NCBI GenBank assembly: GCA_963667175.2
Contig: CAXXXF010000017.1
Span: 43,256-107,255, forward strand
DNA: 64,000 nucleotides
Source: Candidatus Latescibacterota bacterium
GTDB lineage: Bacteria > Latescibacterota > UBA2968 > GCA-2709665
Direction of reading: 5' to 3'
The stretch's first letter is position 1. The number at the start of each line of letters is the position of its first letter. Below, one piece after another: positions 30,923 through 40,666 of the stretch. Made by a program: the position numbers and the translations under genes. The notes below the pieces were generated by a model. That model did no database searches. It saw nothing but the letters and a program-made list of their open reading frames with translations, and was not told the DNA's origin.

Positions 30923-33253
30923 CTACCCCTGCATGAGTTTCCAGAGTTTTTCGGGACGCAGCGGCATGTCGATGTGCCGCACGCCGAACGGTTTGAGCGC
31001 GTCCACCACCGCGTTGACGATGGACGGCGTGGAGCCGATGGTGCCCGCCTCTCCCACGCCCTTGACGCCCATCGGATTCACCGGCGAGGGCGTGACCGTG
31101 TTGTCGAGCTCGAAGCGCGGGAAGTTGTGCGCCTTGGGCAGGGCATAGTCCATGAACGTGCCGGTGAGCATCTGCCCGCTCTCGTCGTAGATGGCCTCTT
31201 CATATAGCGCCTGGCCCAGACCCTGGGCGATGCCCCCGTGGATCTGACCCTCGACGATCAGCGGGTTGATGATCTGGCCGCAGTCGTCAACGGCGATATA
31301 CCGCAGGACGTCCACCTCTCCGGTGTCCGCGTCCACTTCCACGATGGCAATGTGCGTGCCGAACGGGTAGGTGAAGTTGGACGGCTCGAAGAAATGGGTC
31401 GCCGCCATGCCCGGCTCGGTATCCGGCGGCAGATTCACACCCCCGTGTGCGGCCATGGATATCTCCGCCAGGGTGACGCCCTGGTCGGGCGAGCCCTTGA
31501 CGCCGTACTTGCCGTCGTCGACGACGATGTCCTGCGGGTTGCTCTCCAGCAGGTGCGCGGCGATGTTGACGGCCTTTTCCTTGATCTTTTCCATCGCCAT
31601 TACCATGGCCGTACCGCCCACCGCGGTCGCGCGGGAACCGAACGTGCCGATGCCGTACTGCACGGCTTCGGTATCGCCGTGGATGATCCGCACATCGTCG
31701 ATATCCACCCCGAGACCGTCGGCGATGAGTTGCGCAAACGTGGTTTCCTGCCCCTGGCCGTGGGGCGAGACCCCGGTGAGAACGGTGACTTTGCCCGTCG
31801 GGTCCACCCTTACCGTGCCGCTCTCCCAACCGCCCGCTGGCATGGCCGCCGAGGGCCCCATGCCGCAGATCTCCACGTACGTGGAGAAGCCGATGCCCAG
31901 GTACCGGCCCTGTTCGCGGGCGTCCGCCTGCTCCTTGCGGAAGCCTTCGTAGTCGATCTTCCTGAGCGCCTTGTTGAGCGCGATCTCGTAGTCGCCGCTG
32001 TCGTAGGCGACTGCGGTGCCGGTTTCGAAGGGAAACTCGTCCTTGCCGATGAAGTTCCTTCGCCGGACCTCCAGGGGGTCCATGTCCAGATCGTGAGCCA
32101 CGCAGTCCAGCATGCGTTCGATGAGGTACGTGGCTTCCGGCCTGCCCGCGCCCCGGTACGCGTCGGTGGCCATCTTGTTGGTGAAGGCCGCGGTGAGTTC
32201 CATCGAGACGTTCTGGAACCTGTAACAACCGCAGAGCATCAGCCCCGTGAGGGTGGGGATCGCGGGCGTGAGCAACTGGTAGTAGGCGCCCACGTCGGCC
32301 TCCACGGTATATTTGAGGCCCAGGATGGTTCCGTCGTTCTTGACGGGGATCTCCACGTCGCCGACCTGGTCTCGCCCGTGGATGGTGTGCAGGAAGTTCT
32401 CCCTCCGGCTTTCAATCCACTTGACCGGCCTCTTGAGCTGGATGGCCAGATAACCGACCAGGGCTTCCTCGGCGTAGACGTTCAGCTTGCAGCCGAATCC
32501 GCCGCCCACCTCGGGAGCGATGACCTGCACGAGTTGCTCTGGCCGGTTGAGAATGACCGAAAGCTGGGTCCTGAGCAGATGCGGGATCTGCGTGGACGAC
32601 CAAACCGTGAGTTTTCCGTCACCTGGCTGAAATTGTGCGACCACACCACGGGTTTCCAGCGGATTGGGCACCAGCCGCTGGTGGTTGAAACGCTGTTTGA
32701 CCACGCGGTCGGCCTGGGCGAAGGCGTCGTCGATGTCGCCGCCGGCAATCGCCCATGTAAAGGCCTGGTTGCTGCCGAATTGTTCGTGCAGAAGCGGGGC
32801 GCCGTCAGCCAGCGCCGCCTCGGACGAGTTGACGGCGTCGAGCGGGTCGTAGTCCACCTCGATGAGTTCAGCCGCGTCCCTGGCGGCATATGAACTGTCG
32901 GCGACCACGGCCGCGACCGGCTCCCCGACGAACCGTACCTTACCGTGCGCCAGGACCGGATGATCCGGGACCTGGATGCCCGGAAAGCCCTCGGGGTCGG
33001 TGGTGGCGCAGGGAATGGCGCCGATGTTGTCCTTCAGATCGTCGCCGGTAACCACGGCCACCACGCCCGGATGCTCCGAGGCGGCCGAGGTGTCGATACC
33101 GCGGACGTGCGCGTGCCCGTACGGGCTGCGGAGCACGGCGACGTGCAGCGTACCGGGCAATTGGATGTCGTCTACGTATTGCGCAAGGCCCTGGATCAGC
33201 CGGGGATCTTCCCTGCGCTTGATTCTGGCGCCTACGGATTTGCTGACAGGCAT
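30923..33253 (-). CDS. coxL: Molybdopterin-binding large subunit, form II CoxL-like / xanthine dehydrogenase family
   Basis: VGGGFGCK, AYRGAGRPEA (form II motif), GTFGSR, GVKGVGEAG. Confidence 0.85.
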   Translation of the reverse strand: MPVSKSVGARIKRREDPRLIQGLAQYVDDIQLPGTLHVAVLRSPYGHAHVRGIDTSAASEHPGVVAVVTGDDLKDNIGAIPCATTDPEGFPGIQVPDHPVLAHGKVRFVGEPVAAVVADSSYAARDAAELIEVDYDPLDAVNSSEAALADGAPLLHEQFGSNQAFTWAIAGGDIDDAFAQADRVVKQRFNHQRLVPNPLETRGVVAQFQPGDGKLTVWSSTQIPHLLRTQLSVILNRPEQLVQVIAPEVGGGFGCKLNVYAEEALVGYLAIQLKRPVKWIESRRENFLHTIHGRDQVGDVEIPVKNDGTILGLKYTVEADVGAYYQLLTPAIPTLTGLMLCGCYRFQNVSMELTAAFTNKMATDAYRGAGRPEATYLIERMLDCVAHDLDMDPLEVRRRNFIGKDEFPFETGTAVAYDSGDYEIALNKALRKIDYEGFRKEQADAREQGRYLGIGFSTYVEICGMGPSAAMPAGGWESGTVRVDPTGKVTVLTGVSPHGQGQETTFAQLIADGLGVDIDDVRIIHGDTEAVQYGIGTFGSRATAVGGTAMVMAMEKIKEKAVNIAAHLLESNPQDIVVDDGKYGVKGSPDQGVTLAEISMAAHGGVNLPPDTEPGMAATHFFEPSNFTYPFGTHIAIVEVDADTGEVDVLRYIAVDDCGQIINPLIVEGQIHGGIAQGLGQALYEEAIYDESGQMLTGTFMDYALPKAHNFPRFELDNTVTPSPVNPMGVKGVGEAGTIGSTPSIVNAVVDALKPFGVRHIDMPLRPEKLWKLMQG

Positions 33254-33266
33254 GGAAGATCTCCTT

Positions 33267-33731
33267 TCAGGATCTCATCTTTCGGGCCGCGTACTGGACG
33301 GCGTCCACAATGTGCTGGTACCCGGTGCAGCGGCAGAGGTTGCCCTCGATGCCGCGACGGATCTGCGCCTCGGTGGGCCGCGAGTTGCGCTGCAACAACT
33401 GGTGGGCGGCGATGATCATTCCGGGCGTGCAGAAACCACACTGAAGGCCGTGACATTCCCAGAAGCCCTCCTGTACGGGATGAAGTTCGCCGTTTTCGGC
33501 CAGCCCCTCGATGGTGGTAATCTCGGCGCCGTGCGCCTGTACCGCGAGCAGAGTACAGGACTTCACAGCCTGCCCGTCGAGCATCACCGTGCAGGCGCCG
33601 CAAAGGCTGGTTTCGCAGCCGACGTGGGTGCCGGTAAGGCCGACGACGTCGCGCAGATAATGCACAAGCAGCAGCCTGGGCTCCACATCGTGGCTGTTGC
33701 GCTCGCCGTTAATAGTGACTTCCACGTTCAC
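33267..33731 (-). CDS. coxS: [2Fe-2S] small subunit (CoxS/CutS)
   Basis: [12 protein letters not shown]; QCGFCTPG; GNLCRCTGY. Confidence 0.9.
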   Translation of the reverse strand: MNVEVTINGERNSHDVEPRLLLVHYLRDVVGLTGTHVGCETSLCGACTVMLDGQAVKSCTLLAVQAHGAEITTIEGLAENGELHPVQEGFWECHGLQCGFCTPGMIIAAHQLLQRNSRPTEAQIRRGIEGNLCRCTGYQHIVDAVQYAARKMRS

Positions 33732-34061
33732 GGGCGACCTCCTTTTCTGATGATTTTCCGATAAATCGGTCCCGATGCAGCTCGAGTGCACGGGACGGAT
33801 CTCGCAGGAACCGTGTGGTGAAAAGTACGCACAACTGTCGCGTCCGCGCAAGCGGATTCTGTCGGGCCGCAGGAAAGGCGCGCTGAGACGTCATTCTACA
33901 GATTCAGACGGGGTCGACGGGCTTGCCTTTTTGGACTCCCGTCTTTAATATTGTACCCGCGCGGCAGGTGAGGACTCCGGCGTCGCGAACCGGACGGTTC
34001 GAGGTCATTCAATCCGGGCTACCGTCTGTTTTTTCGTACGCGTCCTTCGAAGGAACGAGTC

Positions 34062-34823
34062 ATGGATCACAAACTCTATTACGTGGCCGACCCCATGTGT
34101 TCGTGGTGCTGGGGGTTCCGTCCGGTGCTTCAGGAAATCGTGGCGGCGCTTCCGGATTCCATCCCGGTGGGTTACGTGATGGGCGGGCTGGCCAGGGATT
34201 CGGACGATCCGATGCCGGAAGAGACCCGCGCGTACGTGCAGATGAACTGGCGTGAGGTCACAGAGACGACGGGGGCCGATTTCAACTGGGACTTCTGGCG
34301 CAAATGCAGACCTCGCCGGTCGACCTATCCCGCCTGCCGCGCGGTGCTGGCGGCAGGGGCGCAGCGGGAAGACGCCGTGCCGGAGATGTTCGACGCCATC
34401 CAGCGGGCGTATTACCGGGAGGCGCGGAACCCCTCGGATATCGACACGCTGACCGCGGTTGCCGGGTCGCTTTCTCCGCCGCTGGACGCGGATCGGTTCG
34501 ACCGGGACATCCGGTCGCCGGAGATCGAAGGGGAATTGCAGGCGGGTTTCAACCTGCGCAGGTCGATGGGGGTGCGGGAGTTTCCCAGCGTGGTCGTGAA
34601 ACGGGGCGGCGCGCAGATGGACGTCGTCCGCGGATGGGCGGACGCCGGGACGGCGATGGCGAAATTAGATGGAAGCGATAGGCGGGAAGAGGTTAGAAGG
34701 CAGAAGGAAGAACGAAGAAGGAGGAAGGAAAAACTGAAAACCGGTGAAGACGGGAGACGGGAGACGGTAGATGACATCCTTCCCCGATTGGTTCATACTC
34801 ATTGCCTCCGGCAAGTAAGTTGA
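34062..34823 (+). CDS. DsbA family protein; C-terminus runs into a repeat element
   Basis: DPMCSWCWGF CxxC; STYPACRAV; GVREFPS. Confidence 0.85.
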   Translation: MDHKLYYVADPMCSWCWGFRPVLQEIVAALPDSIPVGYVMGGLARDSDDPMPEETRAYVQMNWREVTETTGADFNWDFWRKCRPRRSTYPACRAVLAAGAQREDAVPEMFDAIQRAYYREARNPSDIDTLTAVAGSLSPPLDADRFDRDIRSPEIEGELQAGFNLRRSMGVREFPSVVVKRGGAQMDVVRGWADAGTAMAKLDGSDRREEVRRQKEERRRRKEKLKTGEDGRRETVDDILPRLVHTHCLRQVS

Positions 34824-34925
34824 AACCATACCAGGGCAGATCACATTCTCTCCCGTCTCACCTCTACCCTCTCCCCGTCTTTAGGGCGCTGATAACATCT
34901 CACAGTCTTACGTCTTACCTCTACC
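34675..34925. repeat. Inverted pair of 7-nt-period repeats
   Basis: AGAAGGC/AGAAGGA run, GACGGGAGACGGGAGACGGTAGA, then TCTCCCGTCTCACCTCTACC and TCTCACAGTCTTACGTCTTACCTCTACC. Confidence 0.6.
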
Positions 34926-35001
34926 AGGATCCAGATTTAGACTTACACAGTACACATTTCCACGTAGTGTTTAACTCAAACATTTCAAGGAGGTTATCGA
35001 A

Positions 35002-35463
35002 ATGGCTGAAAGTGAATCCATCTCCCAGGAGCAGATGAACGAGTTTCTGTTCACGCAGGTCGTGCTGATGTTTCAGGGGGCAGCCTGGCAGCATCTGGGC
35101 AAGGTGATGAACCCGGCGAGCAACAAGGTGGAACGGGATCTCGCGCAGGCGAAGAACACCATTGATATCCTGGGCATGCTGCAGGCGAAGACGAAGGGCA
35201 ATCTCAGCGACAACGAACAGAAGTTTCTGGAACACGCGCTGTACGAGTTGAGGATGAACTACGTGGACGAAGCGAACAAGGGTCCGGACGAGGCGGAGAC
35301 CTCCGCAGGTGAGGCCGATGGGGACGCGGCCGACGCCGAAGCGACTGCCGGGGAAGGCGGCGAAGATGCCGCCGAAGGCGCTGAGGCCGAGGCGCCGAAG
35401 GAAGCAGCGTCAGTGGAAGCGGCGGAGGAGGACGCGTCGGACGCTAAGGAGGAAACGGATTGA
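35002..35463 (+). CDS. DUF1844 domain protein with acidic low-complexity tail
   Basis: AWQHLGKVMNP...AKNTIDILGMLQAKTKGNLS...LYELRMNYV. Confidence 0.85.
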   Translation: MAESESISQEQMNEFLFTQVVLMFQGAAWQHLGKVMNPASNKVERDLAQAKNTIDILGMLQAKTKGNLSDNEQKFLEHALYELRMNYVDEANKGPDEAETSAGEADGDAADAEATAGEGGEDAAEGAEAEAPKEAASVEAAEEDASDAKEETD

Positions 35464-35957
35464 CGCGTTCTCTCCTTCCCTGCGCCGTGCTGGTCATGTT
35501 CTGGCTGGGCGGATGCGCGTACTATTCGACCTCCGCAACCGGCGGATCGGGCTTCCGCTCGGTGGCCATTCCGCTGATGGAGAACGAGAGCCTGGAGCCG
35601 GAGATCCAGCAGGCGCTCACGGACAGCCTGATCCAGGCGTTCATCCAGGACGCGGCGCTGCGCGTGACGGACGAGGACCGCGCGGACGTCGTGCTTCGCG
35701 GCACGATTGTCGAGGTGCGGGACGATCCGTTCACCTACCGCGGCCAGGAGGACCAGTTCCAGATTTCGGTCTTCCTGGACGTGAGCTGCTACGACGTGAA
35801 GAACAAGAAGCTGCTGTGGGAGGAGAAGCGCCTGAAGGGATACGGCATCTACAGCGCCGCCGGCCAGCGCGAGGACGCCCGCCACGCGGGCCTCGGCGCC
35901 GCGTTCGACATCCTCACACGGGATATCGTGGATAGGACGCAGGTTGGCGGGTGGTAG
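35460..35957 (+). CDS. LptE-like lipoprotein
   Basis: Lipobox LGGC; SVAIPLMENES...ADVVLRGTI. Confidence 0.7.
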   Translation: MTRSLLPCAVLVMFWLGGCAYYSTSATGGSGFRSVAIPLMENESLEPEIQQALTDSLIQAFIQDAALRVTDEDRADVVLRGTIVEVRDDPFTYRGQEDQFQISVFLDVSCYDVKNKKLLWEEKRLKGYGIYSAAGQREDARHAGLGAAFDILTRDIVDRTQVGGW

Positions 35958-35990
35958 CGAGAGACCATATTCTCACGACCGGAGCTTGCG

Positions 35991-36212
35991 ATGACAAGAC
36001 AGTTGACTGCAATTATAGAACGCGAAGGCGATGGATACGTCGCCCTCTGCCCTGAGGTGGACATTGCGAGTCAGGGTGCAACCGTTTCTGAAGCAAGGGG
36101 AAACCTGAAGGAGGCGTTGGAGCTGTTCCTGGAGACGGCATCAGATACTGAGATCAAGCAACGCCTGCACGAGGAAGTGTACGTCACCCAGGTGGAGGTT
36201 GCCATTGGTTAG
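35991..36212 (+). CDS. hicB: HicB family antitoxin
   Basis: YVALCPEVDIASQGATVSEARGNLKEALELF. Confidence 0.9.
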   Translation: MTRQLTAIIEREGDGYVALCPEVDIASQGATVSEARGNLKEALELFLETASDTEIKQRLHEEVYVTQVEVAIG

Positions 36213-36423
36213 GCTTCGGGTATTGTCGGGACGCGAAACCTGTGAAATACTCGCGGACCACGGGTTTACCGAAGTCCGGCGCAGGAGCAGCCACGTCGTC
36301 ATGCAGAAGATCGCATCCGAGAGTACGATCACTGTCCCGGTTCCTGACCACAAGGAACTACGAAAAGGGACACTGATGGCAATCATTCGGCAATCGGGGC
36401 TACCACGAACGCTGTTCGAGTAA
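36205..36423 (+). CDS. hicA: HicA family toxin
   Basis: GFTEVRRRSSHVVM...VPVPDHKELRKGTL..I. Confidence 0.88.
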   Translation: MVRLRVLSGRETCEILADHGFTEVRRRSSHVVMQKIASESTITVPVPDHKELRKGTLMAIIRQSGLPRTLFE

Positions 36424-36700
36424 GACGCTTGAAACAGGGGACCATGGACATAGCCGGACAGACCGGATAAAAGCATGCGAACAAAAAAGCGGTTCAACGG
36501 CGAAAGTCACGCCGATCAGATCGGGAGTCGCTGCTGAGGAAGAGACACGATCAACTCATACGGTTTTTCCTGTACATTCTTTAGTGGTCCTGGTTTGCCC
36601 CTTTTGTGTTCTTTGTGCCTTTTGTGGCTTTCGTAGATTTTCGTGTTTTATCCTGTTCATCCTGTCCATCCATGTTGGTTAATTTCTGATAAGACATCAA

Positions 36701-39229
36701 ATGAACGAAGCAGCGGCGAGGATCAAGATCAACAAACTGCTCGAGGCGGCGGGGTGGCGGTTCTTCGATGATGAAGGCAAGCCCGCCAACGTTCGCGTCG
36801 AAGCGAGCGTCAAGCTGAAGAAAGCCGACCTGGACGCATTGGGCGAAGACTTCGAGAACGCGACGGGACACATAGACTTCCTCCTCCTTGACGCAAAAGG
36901 CTTCCCGCTCATCGTCCTGGAGGCCAAGTCGGAGGACAAGAACCCGCTGGTGGGCAAGGAACAGGCGCGGAAGTACGCCCGCTCTCAGAACTGCCGCTTC
37001 GTTATCCTGTCAAACGGCAATCTGCATTACTTCTGGGACCTCGAGAGAGGCAATCCGTACCTCATCACCTCGTTCCCCACGCCGGACTCCGTTACCAACT
37101 ACAACAAAGTCCGGCCCAACCCCCAGCGCCTGGTCGATGAGCCCGTCAGCGAGGATTACATCGTACTCACCCTGCGGCCGAATTATGCCTCGGAAGCGGC
37201 GTGGACAAACGAGGCTGAACGCCCCGCTTTCATCAAATCCAACAAACTGAGTTTCCTGCGCCCCTACCAGCTCCGGGCCGTTCATGCGCTTCAGCGTGCG
37301 GTAAAGGACGGGAAGGACCGGTTCCTGTTCGAGATGGCCACCGGAACGGGCAAGACCCTTGTCTCAGCCGCGGTGATCAAGCTCTTTCTGCGCTCCGGCA
37401 ATGCCTCCCGCGCGCTGTTTCTCGTCGACCGGCTGGAACTCGAGGAGCAGGCGCGGAAGGTCTTCACCGCCCTGCTTTCGGCGGACTTCCAGACGGTGAT
37501 CTACAAGGAACGGCGCGACGACTGGCGGTCCGCCGAAATCGTCGTCACGACGGTCCAGTCGCTGCTGTTCAATAACAAGTACCAGTCGCTTTTCTCCCCC
37601 ACCGACTTCGACCTCGTCATCTCCGACGAAGCGCACCGGTCCATCGGCGGCAACGCCCGGTCCGTGTTCGACTATTTCGTCGGGTACAAACTGGGCCTGA
37701 CCGCGACCCCCCGGGACTATCTGAAGGGATTCGACGATTCCCGCCCGACCACGCGGGACCCGCGCGAAGCCGAACGCCGTTTGCTCCTGGACACCTACCG
37801 CACCTTCGGGTGTGAAAGCGGGCAGCCCACGTTCAAGTACTCCCTGCTCGACGGCGTGAAGGACGGCTATCTGATCAACCCGACGGTCGTGGACGCGCGA
37901 ACGAAAGTGACCACGGAGTTACTTTCGGAACAGGGATTTGTCGTCTCCTTTACGGACGATGAGGGAGAAGAACAGGAAGAGGCCTACAAAAAGCGTGAGT
38001 TCGAGAAGCGATTCTACTCCGACGCGACCAACCAGCTGTTCTGTAAGACTTTTCTTGAGAACGCGATCCGGGATCCGGTCAGCGGAGAAATCGGCAAGTC
38101 CATTATCTTCGCCGTCAGTCAGAAGCACGCGGCAAGATTGACTCAGATCCTCAACGCAATAGCCCACATGATGTTTCCGGACAGATACCAGTCGGACTTT
38201 GCCGTGCAGGTCACGTCGCAGATCACGGATGCCCAACAGTTTACCGTGAATTTCAGCAACAACAACCTGCTCGGTTCCGGCAACTTCCTCCCTGAGTATC
38301 TGACGAGCAAATCGAGGGTCTGCGTCACGGTCGGCATGATGACCACGGGGTACGATTGCACGGATATTCTGAACCTGGGTCTGTTCCGCCCGATCTTCTC
38401 GCCCACCGACTTCATCCAGATCAAGGGGAGAGGCACAAGGAAGCATAACTTCCTCGAACAGTCGCTTAATCCGGCGATCGCGGAACGCGTAGACGAGCCC
38501 GATAAGACCGCGTTCAAACTGTTCGACTTCTTTGCCAATTGCGAATACTTCGAAGCGGAGTTTAACTACGACGAAGTGTTGGGATTGCCTGTCTTCAAAG
38601 ACGCCCATGAACGAGAGGACTCGGAATCACAGAGTGCGGACGTGGGTACGTATGAGTACCTGGGGAGAGACATCCTGTCGACCATCAAGGTCGAGGCCGT
38701 CGGTGAGGAAGGGATGAAGATCGACCGGATGTTCTTCGAGAAATTCGAGGATGCCGTCCGGAAGGACGACGTCATTGCGCAGGCCGTTGAGGCGGGGCAG
38801 TGGGACCGGGTCATCGACTACGTCAACCGGGAAGTCTTCGACCGGCCCGAGGAGTTTTACACGCTCGAAAAGCTGCGCAAAGCAGCGGCCGTGGACCGGC
38901 GGATCACCCTTCGGGAGATTCTGGAGAAGGTGTTCGGGCTGATCCCCCGATTCAAATCCAAGGACGAAATGCTGGAAGAGGAATTCGGGAAGTTCGTGGC
39001 CGACTACACCCCCGAACAGGTCGATGCCATCCCCGCGATCAAGAATTACTTCAAGGCGTACGTCACCAGCGACCAGATCCGCCACATCATCGAAAACCGG
39101 GACTACACCGGCCTGGCCACCAACCCCGTACTCTCAATGAAGGACCTTGGCGCCGTACCGGAGAAATACCGCAAACTCGTCCCCGAATACGTTAAGGACT
39201 ACGTCCCGCTAAATCAATTCGCCGCGTAG
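36701..39229 (+). CDS. hsdR: Type I restriction enzyme R subunit (EcoAI/EcoEI-like)
   Basis: N-terminal ID..LEAK nuclease; MATGTGKT, DEAH, GLTATP, MTTGYD, QIKGRGTR. Confidence 0.9.
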   Translation: MNEAAARIKINKLLEAAGWRFFDDEGKPANVRVEASVKLKKADLDALGEDFENATGHIDFLLLDAKGFPLIVLEAKSEDKNPLVGKEQARKYARSQNCRFVILSNGNLHYFWDLERGNPYLITSFPTPDSVTNYNKVRPNPQRLVDEPVSEDYIVLTLRPNYASEAAWTNEAERPAFIKSNKLSFLRPYQLRAVHALQRAVKDGKDRFLFEMATGTGKTLVSAAVIKLFLRSGNASRALFLVDRLELEEQARKVFTALLSADFQTVIYKERRDDWRSAEIVVTTVQSLLFNNKYQSLFSPTDFDLVISDEAHRSIGGNARSVFDYFVGYKLGLTATPRDYLKGFDDSRPTTRDPREAERRLLLDTYRTFGCESGQPTFKYSLLDGVKDGYLINPTVVDARTKVTTELLSEQGFVVSFTDDEGEEQEEAYKKREFEKRFYSDATNQLFCKTFLENAIRDPVSGEIGKSIIFAVSQKHAARLTQILNAIAHMMFPDRYQSDFAVQVTSQITDAQQFTVNFSNNNLLGSGNFLPEYLTSKSRVCVTVGMMTTGYDCTDILNLGLFRPIFSPTDFIQIKGRGTRKHNFLEQSLNPAIAERVDEPDKTAFKLFDFFANCEYFEAEFNYDEVLGLPVFKDAHEREDSESQSADVGTYEYLGRDILSTIKVEAVGEEGMKIDRMFFEKFEDAVRKDDVIAQAVEAGQWDRVIDYVNREVFDRPEEFYTLEKLRKAAAVDRRITLREILEKVFGLIPRFKSKDEMLEEEFGKFVADYTPEQVDAIPAIKNYFKAYVTSDQIRHIIENRDYTGLATNPVLSMKDLGAVPEKYRKLVPEYVKDYVPLNQFAA

Positions 39230-39257
39230 AATCTTTAATACAAAGAGCCGGAACTTA

Positions 39258-40015
<758 letters not shown>

Positions 40016-40666
40016 CATGGATGAACAGGATGGACAGGATAAAACCAAAAGGCACGAAAAAACGAACTTCAGAAACTACGAAACACGCGAAAAAGCGCGA
40101 AAAATGCACGAGAAAAAACCGAAAAGCACGACAAAGGCGCGAGAAAACGAGGAACGGCTGGGAATCGATTCACCATAGAACGCGGGTCATCACTCCGCCC
40201 ACCCCGAAACCCCAGCGTTTGCCGGCCAGCCCGACTCCGGATTCTTAATGGATTTCGTTACATTTTCCGCTGATGTTATTGAAAATCAACCGATTATATA
40301 ACAAATCCACCTGTTTTCATGGATAATTCGAGATAAACCTCAACTTTTTTCTCAAATACAAAAAAAATCCCACGAGCCGAAACCCGTGGGGCCTGCAATA
40401 AGACATTATAGTCGATTTGCAAGAGCCAATAAAACATCCAGACAAACACAATATACATTGAAAATCACATGAAAACAAGACTCTTTCTCAACGAAGTTCT
40501 GCATTCTCGAACCGTCAATTACAAGGCAGTGTTCAGCAACAAGCTCCGGATGATGAATACAACTGCAGCGGCTGGAATCGTTGATGCGTTGGCTGAACCC
40601 GATGTTTTTGGTCCAGTGCTTTTATCCTGTTCATCTTGTCCATCCATGTAAGTTTGAGGTTTTTCG

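Noticed and set aside
30923-33253. Bona fide aerobic CO dehydrogenase (form I)
   Set aside because: Active-site motif is AYRGAGR, not AYXCSFR, and gene order is SLM
1031-33764. Many long antisense ORFs (e.g. 5577-7313, 26202-27941, 31238-32893)
   Set aside because: Shadow ORFs opposite well-supported genes, expected at high GC
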